From the human T2T-CHM13v2.0 reference genome, Homo sapiens: a DNA stretch of 64,000 nt. The notes beneath the pieces were generated by a model. The model ran no database searches and was not told where the DNA came from. It saw nothing but the letters and a program-made list of their open reading frames with translations. Positions 24,396 through 47,818 of this stretch are shown one piece after another (positions within the stretch are counted from its first letter, which is position 1; every line of letters begins with the position of its first letter). Made by a program: the position numbers and the translations under genes. The stretch is from the NCBI RefSeq assembly GCF_009914755.1, contig NC_060926.1. One strand, written 5' to 3'.

Positions 24396-27300
24396 AGTAA
24401 AATAGAGAAACATTGATTTTTTAAAAAATACTTTTCCTACCTTTCCACTCACTCCATCACACAAATGCACATATATTTTTTTAATTACACATTTATTTGT
24501 ATACTATTTGGTTAATGGCTAAATCCCTGCCCCCGCCCCTTTGATAGACTATGTAAGGACAGGGACAGTGTCTGGTTGTTGCAGTTGTTTTTCATTATTT
24601 CTCCCTGGCACTTAACACAGTGCCTGACATGCAGGAGGCAAATACGTATTGCATGCCTGCAAGGATGAATGAACGGAAAGGGAAACCTTGTAATTTTGCC
24701 CTGTTATTCAAGGAGATTCTCCTCCTACTAAAATATATTGCTACTTCTTGTCAGACTGTTTAACTTGGCAGCATAATATAGCTTAATTTCCTGTGGCTCT
24801 TTTCTTAGTTGTTATTCCAAAACAGAAGCTCCTAAATTTTCATGCAAAAAAACCTCTATTATGTTAGAAAAGCAGGCTCAGAGGGCCAGACTACCTGTTT
24901 TGAATACCATGTTACTTGCCTATAACCTCAGGAAAATTATTTTCTAGTCTCTCAGTCCTTCAGTGTTCTCATCTTACAATGAAGTCTATGACTGTATCTG
25001 TTTCTTAGCAGTGTTGTCAGGATTCAATGAGATAATCCACGTAAAGTGCTTAACACTCTCTCTGGCATATGGTGGTGCTCAGTTAACAAACAATGTTGTT
25101 ATTTTATCTTACCTTCAAGTAATATAAATAATAACTTTTTATTTTTAATGTCTACTGTAGGGAATAATAAATCTACAAAAGGAGTATCTGTTCTCTCTCC
25201 TTCCAACAATACTCTTGCAATTTTGTTTCATTATTTCATAATTTTCATAAAGCAGGGAAAAAAGAAAAGCAGGTAGGAGGAAAGAGACCACTCACTCGAG
25301 TCCTGCAGTATTATTCTGCTTCTGCCTATTCCTGTCTGCTGGCTCCAGGCTAGCTTCTACACAAAGAATATCAAGCTGGTTCCAGGAACTGGCAAGACAT
25401 AAAAAATTAATTAGTTATACAAGTAGAGTCACAACAGCAATAATAGATAACAATAATGTCACAAGTAAATACGATCAACAAATATTTAAATTTCAATTTT
25501 AAATTATTTTCACCTTTATCCTCTTCTGCCGTTCTCTGCTGCTAAAATAAAATTGGCTAAGGTTCAGCTTTCTCTTATTCCTTAGTTTTGAGTTACTGAT
25601 AAAAATTAGACTGGAAAAATAGAAGCTATTAGGAGAGTAAATAAATAATTTAGTTTACAAATGTAAGATCAGCTTGGCAATTGGATTTTTTTAAAGAAAT
25701 AATATTAAATCTCAGTCACTAGGAGGAAATCATTTATCATCTAATAAAAGTCCTCACATAATAAGGTTGTCATAAAAATTAAATGAATTGATAAATGGAA
25801 AGCTTTAAGAATGATACCTGACATATGATGAATGCCATATAACTATAAAAATATTATTTCTAGTTTCACCATTATCGTCATCATCTCCTAAAAGTCAATG
25901 GGTTTGGTTTTTGTTTTTTTTTTTTTCTGTTGGCAGTTCTTTTATGTTCAAATCCTCTTCTAAACTGTAAGATTCTTTCAAGGTGGTTTTCTGCATGATT
26001 ATTTTTTTCTCCCTAGCATCCTCCAGCACACTGGATCATGTTCAGTACATTAAAAGTTATGATATAAAAATAATACCATTTTAAATTATTGATTTAGGAT
26101 ATAGAAATTGATCTTAAATTGAGGGGTTCTTTTGCCATAATGTTCCATATCAAAGGTAATGTTTAATGTTGTTACTTTGCAACTCCATAGAAAATATGTT
26201 ATATATTGGTATTTAATTCCCCCAAATTTTAAGGCAATTTCATGCCTAGTTATTAAACACAAGGAAAGAGAGTTAGCAAGAAATTTGCTTTATGTTATTA
26301 AAAATAATGTGGTAGAAGGTAACTAGGGAAAAAAACTTGTGACCCAGTAGAGTCATTCTAAAACAAAAACTTCAAAGGAACTCATTCTCTGACCTGGCAG
26401 GGGATGAGGAGTGAAGGAGAAAGAAACTTACTACTATCTGAATACCTACTCTGTGCCAGGTATTCTTCACATTCTCATATTTAATTTTCACAACCGTCCA
26501 GTAAGAGAAGTATTTTGTTCTTCATTTTACACGTAAGTAAGTAGAAGGTTAGAGAGTGTGAGTCATTTGTACAAGGTCACTAGCCTGGTTGCAGCAAAAA
26601 TAGAATTCAAACCCAGTTTGCTAGATTCCAAGCCTGCTGTCAGTTCTGCTATAACCCAGTGCCCCCTGAATAAGGAGAACAATGAGAAGAAGGGCAACAA
26701 ATCCTAGAGAACCATAAGAAAACTTAATATTTTATTATGTCTTCTTGTAGTCAAAAACCACTGGTACACGATAAAGGCAACTAAGCAAAACCGGTTTCCT
26801 TAGAACTCCTGGTGTTATGAGGGCAACACTCAAAAGAGATATTTGAATAGAGGAACACTGAGAGGACAAGAGTGCAAAATCAGCCCAAAAATGTTTGCAT
26901 GCTGATTTGTCACTATTGTACTCTTCCTCCACATATATTTTCTAGGAAGAACATGGAACTGATGAGTAACTTATGAAAATTACTGAGTACTTTTTTTCTA
27001 ATAGTCTAGTACTAGATTTTGTTTATTTTAACAGAGCCATTTACATTATATATTAACTCAGTTTAATATTTTTCTTTATGCCCCATTTTTACCCCTAATT
27101 GTAGACTGTGTTAGGTCCTCTGGCTCTAGAAACAGCAAGAGTCTCCACACCCCACTTGGAACCATATGCGAAGGATGAGATGACAGTAGCATTTTTAGCC
27201 ATCTCGATCGCAGCTCCAAATGGAGCTCTACTTATGGGCATTCTGGGGCCTAAAATGCTTACACACCATTATGATCCAAGTAAAATAAAACTGCAATTGT

Positions 27301-27486
27301 CAACATTAGAACATCATTAAAAAGTTTACCTGTCATCATCTGCCTGCTTCTTTTAATGAATTATTTCACATGACAGAAGAATTTTAAAGTAGAAATATGT
27401 AGGGACTGTACAGAAAATCCAGGATTTAGTAAACATGTGATTTCAGTACAGGGCTTTTCTTGGACATTTTACTCCAAAGTTAATTT

Positions 27487-27492
27487 AATAAA
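27487..27492 (+). terminator. Probable polyadenylation signal of the SLC9B1 paralogue
   Basis: AATAAA about 165 nt after the stop codon. Confidence 0.55.
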
Positions 27493-28720
27493 AATAATAA
27501 TTAAATGGAATGCTCTCTTGGTATTTACATACTGTAAGAACAAATTAAATCTGTAAATCCCTAGGAAAGTTTAAAATAATCCCTCAGGCTGAATTTGATA
27601 TCATAATACAAACTGAGCTTAATATAAAATTAAACAAATTTAATGGCAGAAAGAAAAACTTTGAATATTGAACTTGGTAAGATAGCCTAAGTTTCCAAAT
27701 AGGAGGAGTAGAACTCCCCATGATGTCCAGTAATTCAGTTAAAACGATCACTACAAAAAAAAAAAGGAGTAAAACACATCAACTTTAAATGGGTTAACTG
27801 AATAGATTTTAAATTCTGGTTTTGGTGACTACCTGAATAAATAATATGTTAAGTAATAGAACCAAGTTAGTCTTTCCTTATTTCTGCCATGCCCTTAAAA
27901 TGAAAGTCTGGTTTAGCAGTTTTTAGATGAAACACTATCTATATTTTTATTTATAGAAATAAAATTAAATCACAAATGGAAGTAAACTATATTTTTTTCA
28001 ATTAGTATTTTTAAATCTAGGCATAAAAGGCAGCCTCCAAAAATGAAAGATTTGGAGACTACTGTCATGTGGCAGTTTCTTCTCCTTAGTAATATAGAAT
28101 TACCTTTTAATTCTGGCTGATTAAATCTGCCATGTTAATGTAGAACCCATCACAAGCAAAGTGAGTTTTAATTAACTTCAAGACTCTTTATTTTAAAGTT
28201 ATAAGAGTCATATAAACACTTCTAAAATGGCCTTATTGAATGGCATTTTAGAAATTGTTTAGACTTCTTTGGCAAAAGCTCAATGCAAGGACTGAATATT
28301 ACTTTCATTCCTCTTTTTCCTCTTATCCACAAGCAAGGTATTAAAATACCACAGAATATGAAATTTACACATAAATTTGCCAAGTGAAGCAATTAAAATT
28401 TAAGGCAATCAAAACTATGTGTTATTCCTATTAAGACTAAGGGCTTTTACAGAATATATCACTGAAACTGCCATAAGTTCTAAAACTGTCTGGGAAATAA
28501 CTTAGAAAATACACTCTGGGAGAATAACTCTGGGAAAAGATAAAATAGTACTGTTTTAGTGACATTTTCTCTTTATAGTTTTACAACAAAGTACAGACTC
28601 CATTTTCAAATATTGTAATTCTAGTACTCAAATTCTAAAAATTTAAACTGTGCCAGTGTTTTGACTACTATTTAAATCATGAGGACATCTCATTGTCACT
28701 TATAAAAAAATAAAAATATA

Positions 28721-29037
<317 letters not shown>

Positions 29038-29400
29038 TTACAAGATAGTATTTTACATTCACAAGAGAATTAGATTTCAAAGTAGAAAGTTTATTTTAAT
29101 AAAAGAGAGATAAGAAATAATTTTCAAAATGAGGAATTGTGTTTTTGATTAGGAGGAAAATTGTTGTACCTATTCTTTTTATTCTTTATTTATTGAACTT
29201 TCTCTAAGTGTCTGTGATATATAATTATTATACTGAAATAGTCGCCGTTTTAAGGTAGTGTGGCAGATGTTGTTATTTATTTGAAATTTTAAGTTTTTTA
29301 TTTATAAAAAGTTTTTATAAAAATTTATTAATATAATTTAAAAATTACAACCAGTTAACCATGTGTATGATATTAGTGTTTACAGTATTTAAACAAATAA

Positions 29401-29740
29401 GGCTGGGCACAGTGGCTCACACCATCCCATCACTTTGGGAGGCCAAGGTGGGTGTATCAGGAGGTCAGGAGAAGGAGACCATCCTGGCTAACATGGTGAA
29501 ACCCTGTCTGTACTAAAAATACAAAAAACTAGCCAGGCATGGTGGCAGGTGCCTGTAGTCCCGGCTACTCAGGAGGCTGAGGCAGGAGAATCACTTGAAC
29601 CTGGGAGGCAGAGGTTGCAGTGAGCCAAGATCATGCCACTGTACTCCAGCCTGGGTGACAGAGCGAGACTCCATCTCAAAAAAAATAAAATAAAATAAAA
29701 TAAAATAATAAAATAAAATAAAATAAAATAACAAATAAAT
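29401..29740 (+). mobile_element. AluS with (TAAAA)n tail
   Basis: Alu dimer; AACAAATAA on both sides. Confidence 0.95.
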
Positions 29741-29785
29741 ACAAGATTGTTGTTTCTTATAAACTTTTTTTGTATCTTTGCCTAC

Positions 29786-32908
<3,123 letters not shown>

Positions 32909-33250
32909 ACCCATTAATGTTTAATTGTACCTTTTCTTGTGGCCCCGTTTTTTCCCTTTTAATTATGAAACATTGGAGCCTACAGAAAGGTAGAAAAAAT
33001 GGGCACCCACATAACCACCACCTAAATCCAATTAATTGTTAATATTTTTTCAAGTTTTCTTTATGTAATTTTTCAATTTGAATTAAAAGTAAATTATAGG
33101 CATCATGCTAATTTGCCTCTGTATACTTAAGCCTGCATATTCAAAAACTAAAGCCATTTTCTTGCATAACCACAATTCCCTTATCCTTTCACACCAAGTT
33201 ATCAGTAATTCCTTACAATTATTCAACTCCCAAATATTTTCAAATATAAG

Positions 33251-33800
<550 letters not shown>

Positions 33801-33943
33801 ATTTTCTTAATTGTTTCTCAATTATAGCAATTTTTAAAAGCCAGGATCCAATCGAGAACTGGACACTACATTTTGTTTTTGTCTCTTATTTTGTAATCCA
33901 GTACATTTCTCCATACTTAATCCCTTGCTAAATGGCATAGACT

Positions 33944-34253
33944 CTTTTTTTTTTTTTTTTTTTTTTTTTGTTGAGACGGAGTCTTGCTTTGTCACCGGGC
34001 TGGAGTGCAGTGGCGTGATCTTGGCTCACTGCAACCTCTGCCTCCTGGGTTCAAGAGATACTCTTGACTCACCCTCCTGAGTAGCTGGGATTACAGGCGC
34101 CTGCCACCACGGCCGGATAATTTTTTGTATTTTTACTAGAGACAGGGTTTCACCATGTTAGCCAGGATGGTCTCGATTTCCTGACCTCATGATCCACCCT
34201 CCTCAGCCTCCCAAAATGCTGGGATTACAGGTGCGAGCCACCGTGCCCAGCCG
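33944..34253 (-). mobile_element. AluSc/Y-like
   Basis: Long poly-T; TTAGCCAGGATGGTCTCGAT. Confidence 0.93.
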
Positions 34254-34649
34254 GTATTGACATTTTAAAGGAACCATGCTAGTTGTCACGTAGAATATCT
34301 CACATTCTGGATTTGTGGGACTGTTCATGGTTTCATTTAGTTTGTTTGTCTATCCCTTCTATTTTCTGAAATTTGAAGTTAAATTTAAAGACTTGGTTAC
34401 ATTCAGGTTAAACTTTTTTGGCCAGAATCATTCAAAGTTGATGTCGTATACTTCCAATAGCGGCACATTACGAAGTTTATGTCTGGTTGTCCCACTGCCA
34501 GTGATGCTAATTTTCATTCCTAAATTAAGGTAATGATTGCCAGATATCTGTATCATAATGGTATATTTTCCTCTGTAATTAGCCAGTGATCTCTGAGGTT
34601 ATACCTTGGTACTACATGAATATTCATTCTTCATCAAATTTCTCAAAAT

Positions 34650-35310
34650 TAGTAGACTTTGTTTTTTAGAGCAATTTTAGGTTTACAGAAACCAATGAGC
34701 AGAACGTACACAGAGTTCCCATGTAACACTACCTTCCTATCCCACTCTCCACCCAATCCCTACCTCTGTACACAATTTCCCCTATTATTAACACCATGTA
34801 TTAATATGGTATATTGGTTACAATTGATACATATTGATACATTACTATAACTGAAGCCCATAGTTTACATTAGCGTTCACTCTTTGTGTTGTAAAGTTCT
34901 GTGAATTTTTACAACTGTATAATGACAGATATCCACCAGTATCATACAGAATAGTTTCATCAGCATAAAAATCTTCTGTGTTCCACCTATGTATCCCTCT
35001 CTTACTTTCCTCAAATTGCTGAAAACCACTGATGTTTCTACATTATAGTATTGCCTTTTCCAGATTGTCATACACTTAGAACCATACAATATATAGCCTT
35101 CTCATGCTGGCTTCTTTTACTTAGCAATATACATTTAAGTCTTCTCCATGTCTTAGCTTAATATCTGATATCTTTTTAGTGCTGTATAATATTCTCTTGT
35201 CTGGATGTACTACAGTTTGCATAGCCATTAACCTACTGAAGGATATCTTGGTTGCTTCCAAGTTTTGGCAGTTATGAATACAACTGTTATAAACAGCCAT
35301 GCACAGGTTT
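34650..35310 (-). mobile_element. L1MC/MD-type 3' end
   Basis: TTTTAGAGCAATTTTAGGTTTACAGAAA..TACACAGAGTTCCC and TTGGTTGCTTCCAAGTTTTGGC. Confidence 0.7.
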
Positions 35311-37334
35311 TTAAGGTTTTAACAAACTCTCCCTGGCAGTTCCTGTTTTTCCTCACTTTTCAAGCCCATGGGCTATCTCCCAGTGCTGTTCATTTTAATA
35401 TTCTGCAGACTACTTAAGCATTACAGAATATAGAAGCTGGAAGATACTTGGCAGTCATTTAGTCCCTCATGTTCCAGATGAGAAAACTGAAGCCCAGATA
35501 CCTTATTATTTGTTCAGTCCCCCAATCTGAGTGTCAAATCCACCTCTCCCAGTTGTTTTCTGTTCAAATAACCCTGTGAACTTCAGTGACCCTCACTGAC
35601 CACATCATCATTATTCACCAATAGTTCCCCAATAGATCCGCTCTACATTAGCTCATTTCAAATGTTCTTTTCCTTTCATGTACATACCATACAGTACTTA
35701 AAATTCTGTTGACAACAATAAATATGAATTCAAATTAAGTTCTTGCCCCAAGGATGTGACTTCTACTACACAGTTCCTTTTGGCCTGAGGGCAATTCCTA
35801 GGGCATGAACTTAGTCATGTGCCCTCAACAGACAGCACTCTAAGGAAGCTGGGGAATGAGGGTCTCCATTCTGCAGGGAGGCCTGGACTACACAGCACAG
35901 AAGACACTACTCTGTCCATCCCTCATGTCATTTGGATCCATGACTTCATATAACTTCTCTCCATCTAGGAATAGCTCCTCCAGGATTTTGGTTGGTTTCT
36001 TTTGCTGGGGAAACGTGAAAGTAACATTCATGGAGGGAACAATAGCTCCTTGGCTCTTCAACTGGTCTTTCACCCTAAATTGATCATCTGCCTTTCCTGC
36101 TATACAGGTACTATCAGGTTTACATTCTTACCCTCAGCTAGCACCTCCACTGGTCTAGGTCACTTACCTGGTGATAGGAGAGGGGGGTGTAGTAGCCATG
36201 GCTACTAGACTTGTCCTTTTAAATTGAGCAATCAAAATTTAGTAAGGGACTACTTAAACATCCCTTGGCTGCCAAACACATTCCTGGCTACTTCCGTTGT
36301 GTAACAGCATTGAATTGCAGAGATAAGAAGCAGAAATTTCCCAAGTGAATCCCTGGGGGTGATGGTAAATAGTGCTACTCTTTCTTCAATCCATGATCCT
36401 CTTTCTATTAGCGACAAGGGACCATATAATGGTTACTGATCTAGGATATATGCTTGTATCCCATCCCTGCAGCTTCAAAGGGCTACTGGAGGCTGTTCCA
36501 TCACTCCGTCAGTTTGACAGCTTCTAGTTGTTGTGATTTCATGATTTGTAATAGGATCACTGAATTGCATTTTCATGTGTCCACCACTGCAACTACAGTG
36601 CTACAAAGTACATTCCCTTTATACAGTGCTATAAAGTACAATGCAAGGATGTGTAGGATTCCATATTGGAGGATTAAACATTCTGTCAACACTTGGATAG
36701 TGGTGCTGGTTGAGGCCATGTAAGTAGGAAAGATAAATCCGTACTCAGAATAAGTATCAGTTCCAGCCAAGATGAATCATTACCCTTCCTGTGATGGAAA
36801 GCATCCAGTGCATTCAGCTTGCCACCAGGTGACTACTTGGTGTCCTTGAGGGATGATGCTATCTTGAGGCCTCAGTGTTACTCTGTCTTGATGACAACTT
36901 TGACATTCAGAAGCAGCAGTAGCTAGATAAGACTTAGTCAGTGGAGACTTCTGCTGTTTGGGCCTCTGCATAGCCTCCATCCTTGTCACTATATTTATTC
37001 ACCAATTGTGCCAGTACTGAGCTGGCCAATGGAAGAGGTTGGCTAACATCATCTGGCTGAGTCGCTTTTCTCTTTGGTTGTTGATAGATACCTCTTGTAG
37101 GTGTTAACATGTGAAACAAAGATCTTCATACTTTTTGTACATCCCCATAAGTCCACCCATATGCCCTTTTCTCAGATGTCTTTTTCTCCAGTCTTCCAAA
37201 TTTTCTCCTTCCATCCCCCTGACCTGTAGCCAAGCCATTTGACCATGTGTCAGTACATACTTACTTTGAGTCTCTTCTCTTTTCATGCAAAGTGAATGAC
37301 AAGGTGCATAGTGCAAAGTTCTGCCAACTGAAAT

Positions 37335-37641
<307 letters not shown>

Positions 37642-37679
37642 AAGAATTTATTTTTGAGTTGAATTTTTAAATATTAAAA

Positions 37680-40075
37680 ATTTTTAAATATACAAACAAA
37701 AATTGTATATATTTGTAGTGTACAACCTGATGTTTTGAAATATGGATACATTGTGAAATGGCTAACTCAAGCTAATTAATACATGTGTTACCTCACATAC
37801 TTATCATTTCTTTTGTGATGAGAACACTTAAAATCTACTGTCCTAGCAATTTTCAAGTATGCAATACATTGTTATTAACTGTAGTCACCATGTTGTACAA
37901 TAGGTCTCTTGAACTTGTTCTTCCTGCTTATCTTAATTTTTGTATCCTTTGACAAACATCTCCCCAGTTCTACCCTCCTCCCCCCACCCCTAATAACCAT
38001 TATTCTATTTTCTGCTTCTATGTGTTTGACTTTTTTAGATTCCACATATAAGTGAGGTTACATGGCATTTATCTCTCTGTGCCTGGCTTATTTCACTTAA
38101 TATAATGTCCTCCAGTTTCATCCATGTTATTACAAAGGACAGGATTTCCTTCTTTAAGGCTGAACAATATTTCATTAGGTATATATACACCACATTTTCT
38201 TTAATCGTTCATCTGTTAAAGGATACTTAGGTTGATTTCATATCTTGTCTATTGTGAATAATGTTGCAATGAACATGAGGTACAGATTTTTCTTTGACAT
38301 ATTGAATCATTTTCTTTGGGTATAAATAGTATTAGGATTGCTGCATCATATGGTAGTTTTATTTTTAACTTTCTGAGAAACCTCTATATTATTTTTCATA
38401 ATGGCTGTACTAATTTACATTCCTGCCAACAGTATACAAAGGCTCCCTTTTCTCCACATCCTCGCCAACACGTTATCTTTTGTCTTTTTCATAGTAGCCA
38501 TTCTAAAAGGGATGTCTCATTGTGGTTTGGATTTGGGTTTCCCTGATGACTGGTGATGTTGGTTATTTTTTTATATTCCTGTTGGTCATTTGTATGTCTT
38601 CTTTGGAAAAATGTTTATTCAGGTACTTTGCCTCCCTTTCATTAATCAGGTTATATGTTTTCATGCTATTGAGTTGTATGAATACTTTATATATTCTGGA
38701 TATTAATCCTTTATCAGATGTATGGTTTGCAAATATTTTCTCCCTTTTTGTAGGCTATCTCTTTACTCTATTGATTGCTCCCTTTGCTTGCACAGCTTTT
38801 TAGTTTGATATAATCCTGTTTGTCTATTTTTGCTTTTGTTGCCTGTGCTTTGGGGGTCATATCCAGAAAATCATTGCCCAGACCAGTCTCATGGAACTTT
38901 TCCTGTATGTTTTCTTCTAGTAGTTTTATGGTTTCAGGTTTTATATTTAAGTCTTTAGTCCATTTGTGTTATTTTTTTGTATATGGTGTGAGATAAGGGT
39001 CTAATTTCATTTCTCTGCATGTGGAGTTCTCCCAACACCATTTATGGAAAAGATTATCCTTTCCCCATTGTGTATTCTTGGCATATTTACTGAAAATCAA
39101 TTGACCATAAACGTGGATGTATTCTATTCCATTGGTCTACCAGTCTGTTTGTATGCCAGTATCATGTTATATTTTTGATTACTATAGCATCATAGTATAG
39201 TTTGAAACTGGATAATGTGATGCCTCCTACTTTGTTCTTTTTGCTCACAATTTGCTATTTGGAGTTTTTTGTGGTTTCACATGAATTTGGGGACTTTTTT
39301 CTGTTTACATAAAAAATATCATTGGAATTTTGATAGAGATTACATTGAATCTGTAGATCACTTTGGGTACTAAGAACATTTTAACAGTATGAATTCTTCT
39401 AATCCATGAAGATGGGATATATTTCCATTTATTTGTGTCTTCTTCAATTTCTTTCACCAATGTTTTATAGTTTTCAGTGTACAGGTCTTTCACCTCCTTG
39501 GTTAAATTAATTCCTAAGTATTTGTGTAGCCATTATAAATGAAATTGTTTTCTTGATTTCTTTTTCAGATAGTTCATTGTTAGTGTATACAGATGCTACT
39601 CGTTTTTTTATGTTGATTTTGCATCCTGCAACTTTACTGAATTAATTTTCTAGTTCCAACGGTTTTTTTTGGTGGACTCTTTAGGGTTTTCTACATTTAA
39701 GATCATGTTGTCTGCAGAGACAATTTCACTTCTTCCTTTCTGACTTTAATGCCTTTATTTCTTCTTCTTGACTAATTGCTAGAACTTGAATAGAAGTGGT
39801 GAAAATGGGCATCCATCTTGTTTCTGATCTTAGAGAAAAAGCTTTCAACTTTTTACCATTGAGTATGATGTTAGCTGTGGGCCTATCATATGTGCCTTTA
39901 TTGTGTTATGTGGACATTGATACCTAATTTGTTGAAAGTTTTTATTACAGAAAGATGTTGAATTTTGCCAAATGCTTTCTCTGCATCCATGGAGATATTC
40001 ATATAGTTTTTGTCCTTCATTCTGTTAATGTGTATATCACATTTATTGATTCAATATATGTTGAACCGTCCTTGG
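37680..40075 (-). mobile_element. 5'-truncated L1MA element
   Basis: L1MA-type 3'UTR plus ORF2 peptide [23 protein letters not shown]. Confidence 0.88.
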
Positions 40076-40336
40076 GAGGATTTAATCTACTGCTATCTTT
40101 CCATAGCTGAAGTAGGCTGCTATCATATTTTACTTACATCTGCATCCTGAGTTGATCTTCCAATGAACAAGCTTAGCTTTTTTCCTCCTTTAGCAATATT
40201 GGAACTCCCACATAGGCAGAGTTGCCAGCTGAGGGAGAGAATCTAGTGTCACAATTTGGATAATGTGGGGACCTGGATCACCTGATCATACTGCTTACTT
40301 GTGTCCTCTAGTCTTTCTCATGCCCAATCCTTGATG

Positions 40337-40703
40337 TGATATGGTTTGGCTCTGTGTCCCCACAAAATCTCATCTCAAATTATAATCCCCACATGTAGAG
40401 AGAGGGACTGGGTGGGAAGTGACTGGATCATGGGGGCAGTTTCCCTCATGCTGTTCTCATGATATTGAGTGAGTTCTCATGAGAGCAGATGGTTTAAAAG
40501 TGTTTGGCACATCCCCCCTTGCTTTCTGTCTCTCTTGCTGCCTTGTGAAGAAGGTGCCTGCTTCACCTTTGCCTTTAGTCATAAGTGTAAGTTTCCTGAG
40601 ACCTCTCCAGCCATACGGAATTGTGAGTCAATAAACCTCTTTTGTTTATTAATCACCCAGTCTTGGGTAGTTCTTTATAGCAATGTGAAAATGGACTAAT
40701 TCA
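40337..40703 (+). mobile_element. MSTA/B solo LTR (MaLR)
   Basis: TGATATGGTTTGGCTCTGTGTCCCCAC..AATAAACCTCTTT..GGACTAATTCA. Confidence 0.9.
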
Positions 40704-43424
40704 ATGTGGTACTTCTATTTTATTATGATTTGTTGCTGGGCCAGCCTGTCCTTATGATCTGGTAGATCTAACAAAACCAAACTCACGGTGGGAACTTTTA
40801 GCCACATGGTCACTTAATATTTGTTGTCAGATAGTCCGTCTCTACCTAGGTGCAGTAGCATGCTAGGAGCTATTAAAGTACACAATTATGCTATATATTT
40901 ATACAATATACAATTACTTGCAGATAGCATGACCATGCTAGTGAACCCCACAAGACTATGTATGAATCGTCTATTAGGGTTTGCTATAAACTCTACATGG
41001 TGCTTTTTCCAACTGCATATACTTCTAATACCATAGAGCCTACTAGATTTTATGGCTCAAACACTAGGGCTGCTTGCCCTGGATCCTGGACCTGCTGCAG
41101 AGGCCTTTTCTGCCCTAAGCTTTTGTCAAAGGTGGAAGCCTTCTGTGTCACTCAGCAAATGTGTCAGAACAGTATTCCTTAGTATAGGGGGACCAATGGG
41201 CCCCTTAAAATCTTCTGCGACTGATGTCATAGGTCCTTAAATCTTCAGATGATTTTCTCTCTCAGGGTTGCTTGTGTCTCTCTAGGCCATCCAACATGCT
41301 ATTTCTTACCCAGTCTATTTTAACTGGTAAATAAAATGGAAAAATGTAACATGCTACAGAATGTCCAGACAGCTCAGGTCTCTGGACTACGTTAGGACAG
41401 AGAGTCAAAGAACTAATATACATCTTAGACAAGTCTCTAAATGCATGCTGTTGTCCTTCCCATGAATGTGAATTGCTTCTGGTAAATTTCACTCTAAGTA
41501 CGGCTTCAGTTATTTTACATATATATTGATCGGTAATCTTTTCATTTTAATTCAATTTTAAGCATGTTCTAATTTTTATTATAATTTCTTCTTGCTTCCA
41601 TGAATCATTTGGAAGCTGTTTGTAGTTTCTAAAATTCATGGATTACTTTTGGATAAGTTTTTGTTATTGATTTCTAATAGTGCTATTACACAATAGTTAT
41701 ACCAATGTAAACATTTGATACTACCTTTAGGCCTAGTATCTGGTCAATTTTTGTAAATACTCCAAGTGTGCTTGAAAAGAATAGAAATTCTTTAACTGTT
41801 GATTAGCCTTACTAATTTTATGTTTATTCAATTACTAAAAATGAAATGTTAAAATCTCTCACTGTGTAGATTTTTTTATTGCTCTTTCCAATTCTAATTT
41901 TGGCTTTATTTATTTTGAGACTACATTATTAGGTATCCACAATTTTATAAAAATTAAGAAAAAATTAGAAAAGTTTAGAAAAAAATTAGAAAAATATAGA
42001 AAAAGATGTGACAGAAGCACACATGGGCTTTATCTGGATGATCTCTTGTCAGGTTTGTATCCTGGGGAAGGCCTTCACAGCAAGAGATGGACCAGAGGAT
42101 TGAGACAAGGGGGCCACCATTCAGAAGGGGAGGAGGGCAAAGGAACTCCTGAGGGAGGAAAGGATCAGAGAGGAGGCTTTCATGTCTCAGTGATATCACT
42201 CAGCAGCATGGCATGGAGTCTGTAGTTCACAGAGTTCCAAATAACAGAAGCAGTTTGGGGTCTTTACAGCCTAGAGTTTATCTGTGGCAAGCAGATTTTG
42301 GACGTAGTTTCCCAGGGCATGTAAATCAGGCAGGATCTAAATGCCTACAAATCTGCATGTCTGGGCTATGTTTAACACAATTGGATGTTTAAAAATTTGA
42401 GTTTGGTGCCAGTTGGTTTTTGAGCTAATGGGTTTCAGCTTGCTGTGAAGAAATAACCTAGGCGCCAATACACAGAGGCCATCCTTGTCTCATTTACATT
42501 ATATGCAGTGACTCTATCCTTTTTTGCTCACAATTGTTTTATTCATTTCTTTTAGATTTGTTTACTTTACTGAGATTATTTGGTAGGTAAGATTTCAGTT
42601 TATTGTAGTTTGCTAACTCATTATTCAAAGTGTTCTAATAAAAATTTTGCTCCATCCTTAATCCCCATTTAAACAAAGCTGCTGTGGGTAAGGTCATCAA
42701 TGGCCTTCGTGTTATCAAATCCATTTTGTTAACAAAATTTTAATGTTTAAAATTTTCTTATGTGTACACATGTTTAATTTATGTAATTTCAAAACGGGGT
42801 ATCATACATGGAATTTGGTAGTTTTCTTTTCTTTTTTTGTTCACTTACTCTGTTTCTTAAGGCTTTACTGTAACCCACAATGCAATGTCCCCCATATTTA
42901 TTATGTATGACTGATATTCACATAGAACATATTTTGTCATTAAGTGTTATCTTTTTCCACATAGGTGTTCCTGTCTTTAGTCTTCTATTTTCTCTCTCTC
43001 CCGCTTCTCTCCCACCCTTCCTCTCTCCATTTATGTACGTATTTAAATCATTTTAAAAATCATTTTATGTATCACTTCAAAGACTTCAGTGTAAATTGAG
43101 GGTCCAATTTTGTTTTATTTGAATTGTTTATTTTCATATATTAATTTTTCATCTACATGTAAATTCTCAGTTTTTTACCACTCTTGCTTATTCTTAATTA
43201 ATACAATTGTTTTTCTTAATTGATCAATTCCAATAGTTCTATAGTAGGTGCTGATATCTGGTGAGAAAAGTTCCTCTCAATAGTCTTTTTTTTGGTACAA
43301 TTTTCTGACTATTCTTCTACATGAACTTTAAGATAATTTAATCCAATTTTAAAATGCTTTTGTGATTCTAATGTGAATTTAATTGAATTTATATATAATT
43401 TTAGGAGATTAATGTTTTTACAAG

Positions 43425-47818
<4,394 letters not shown>

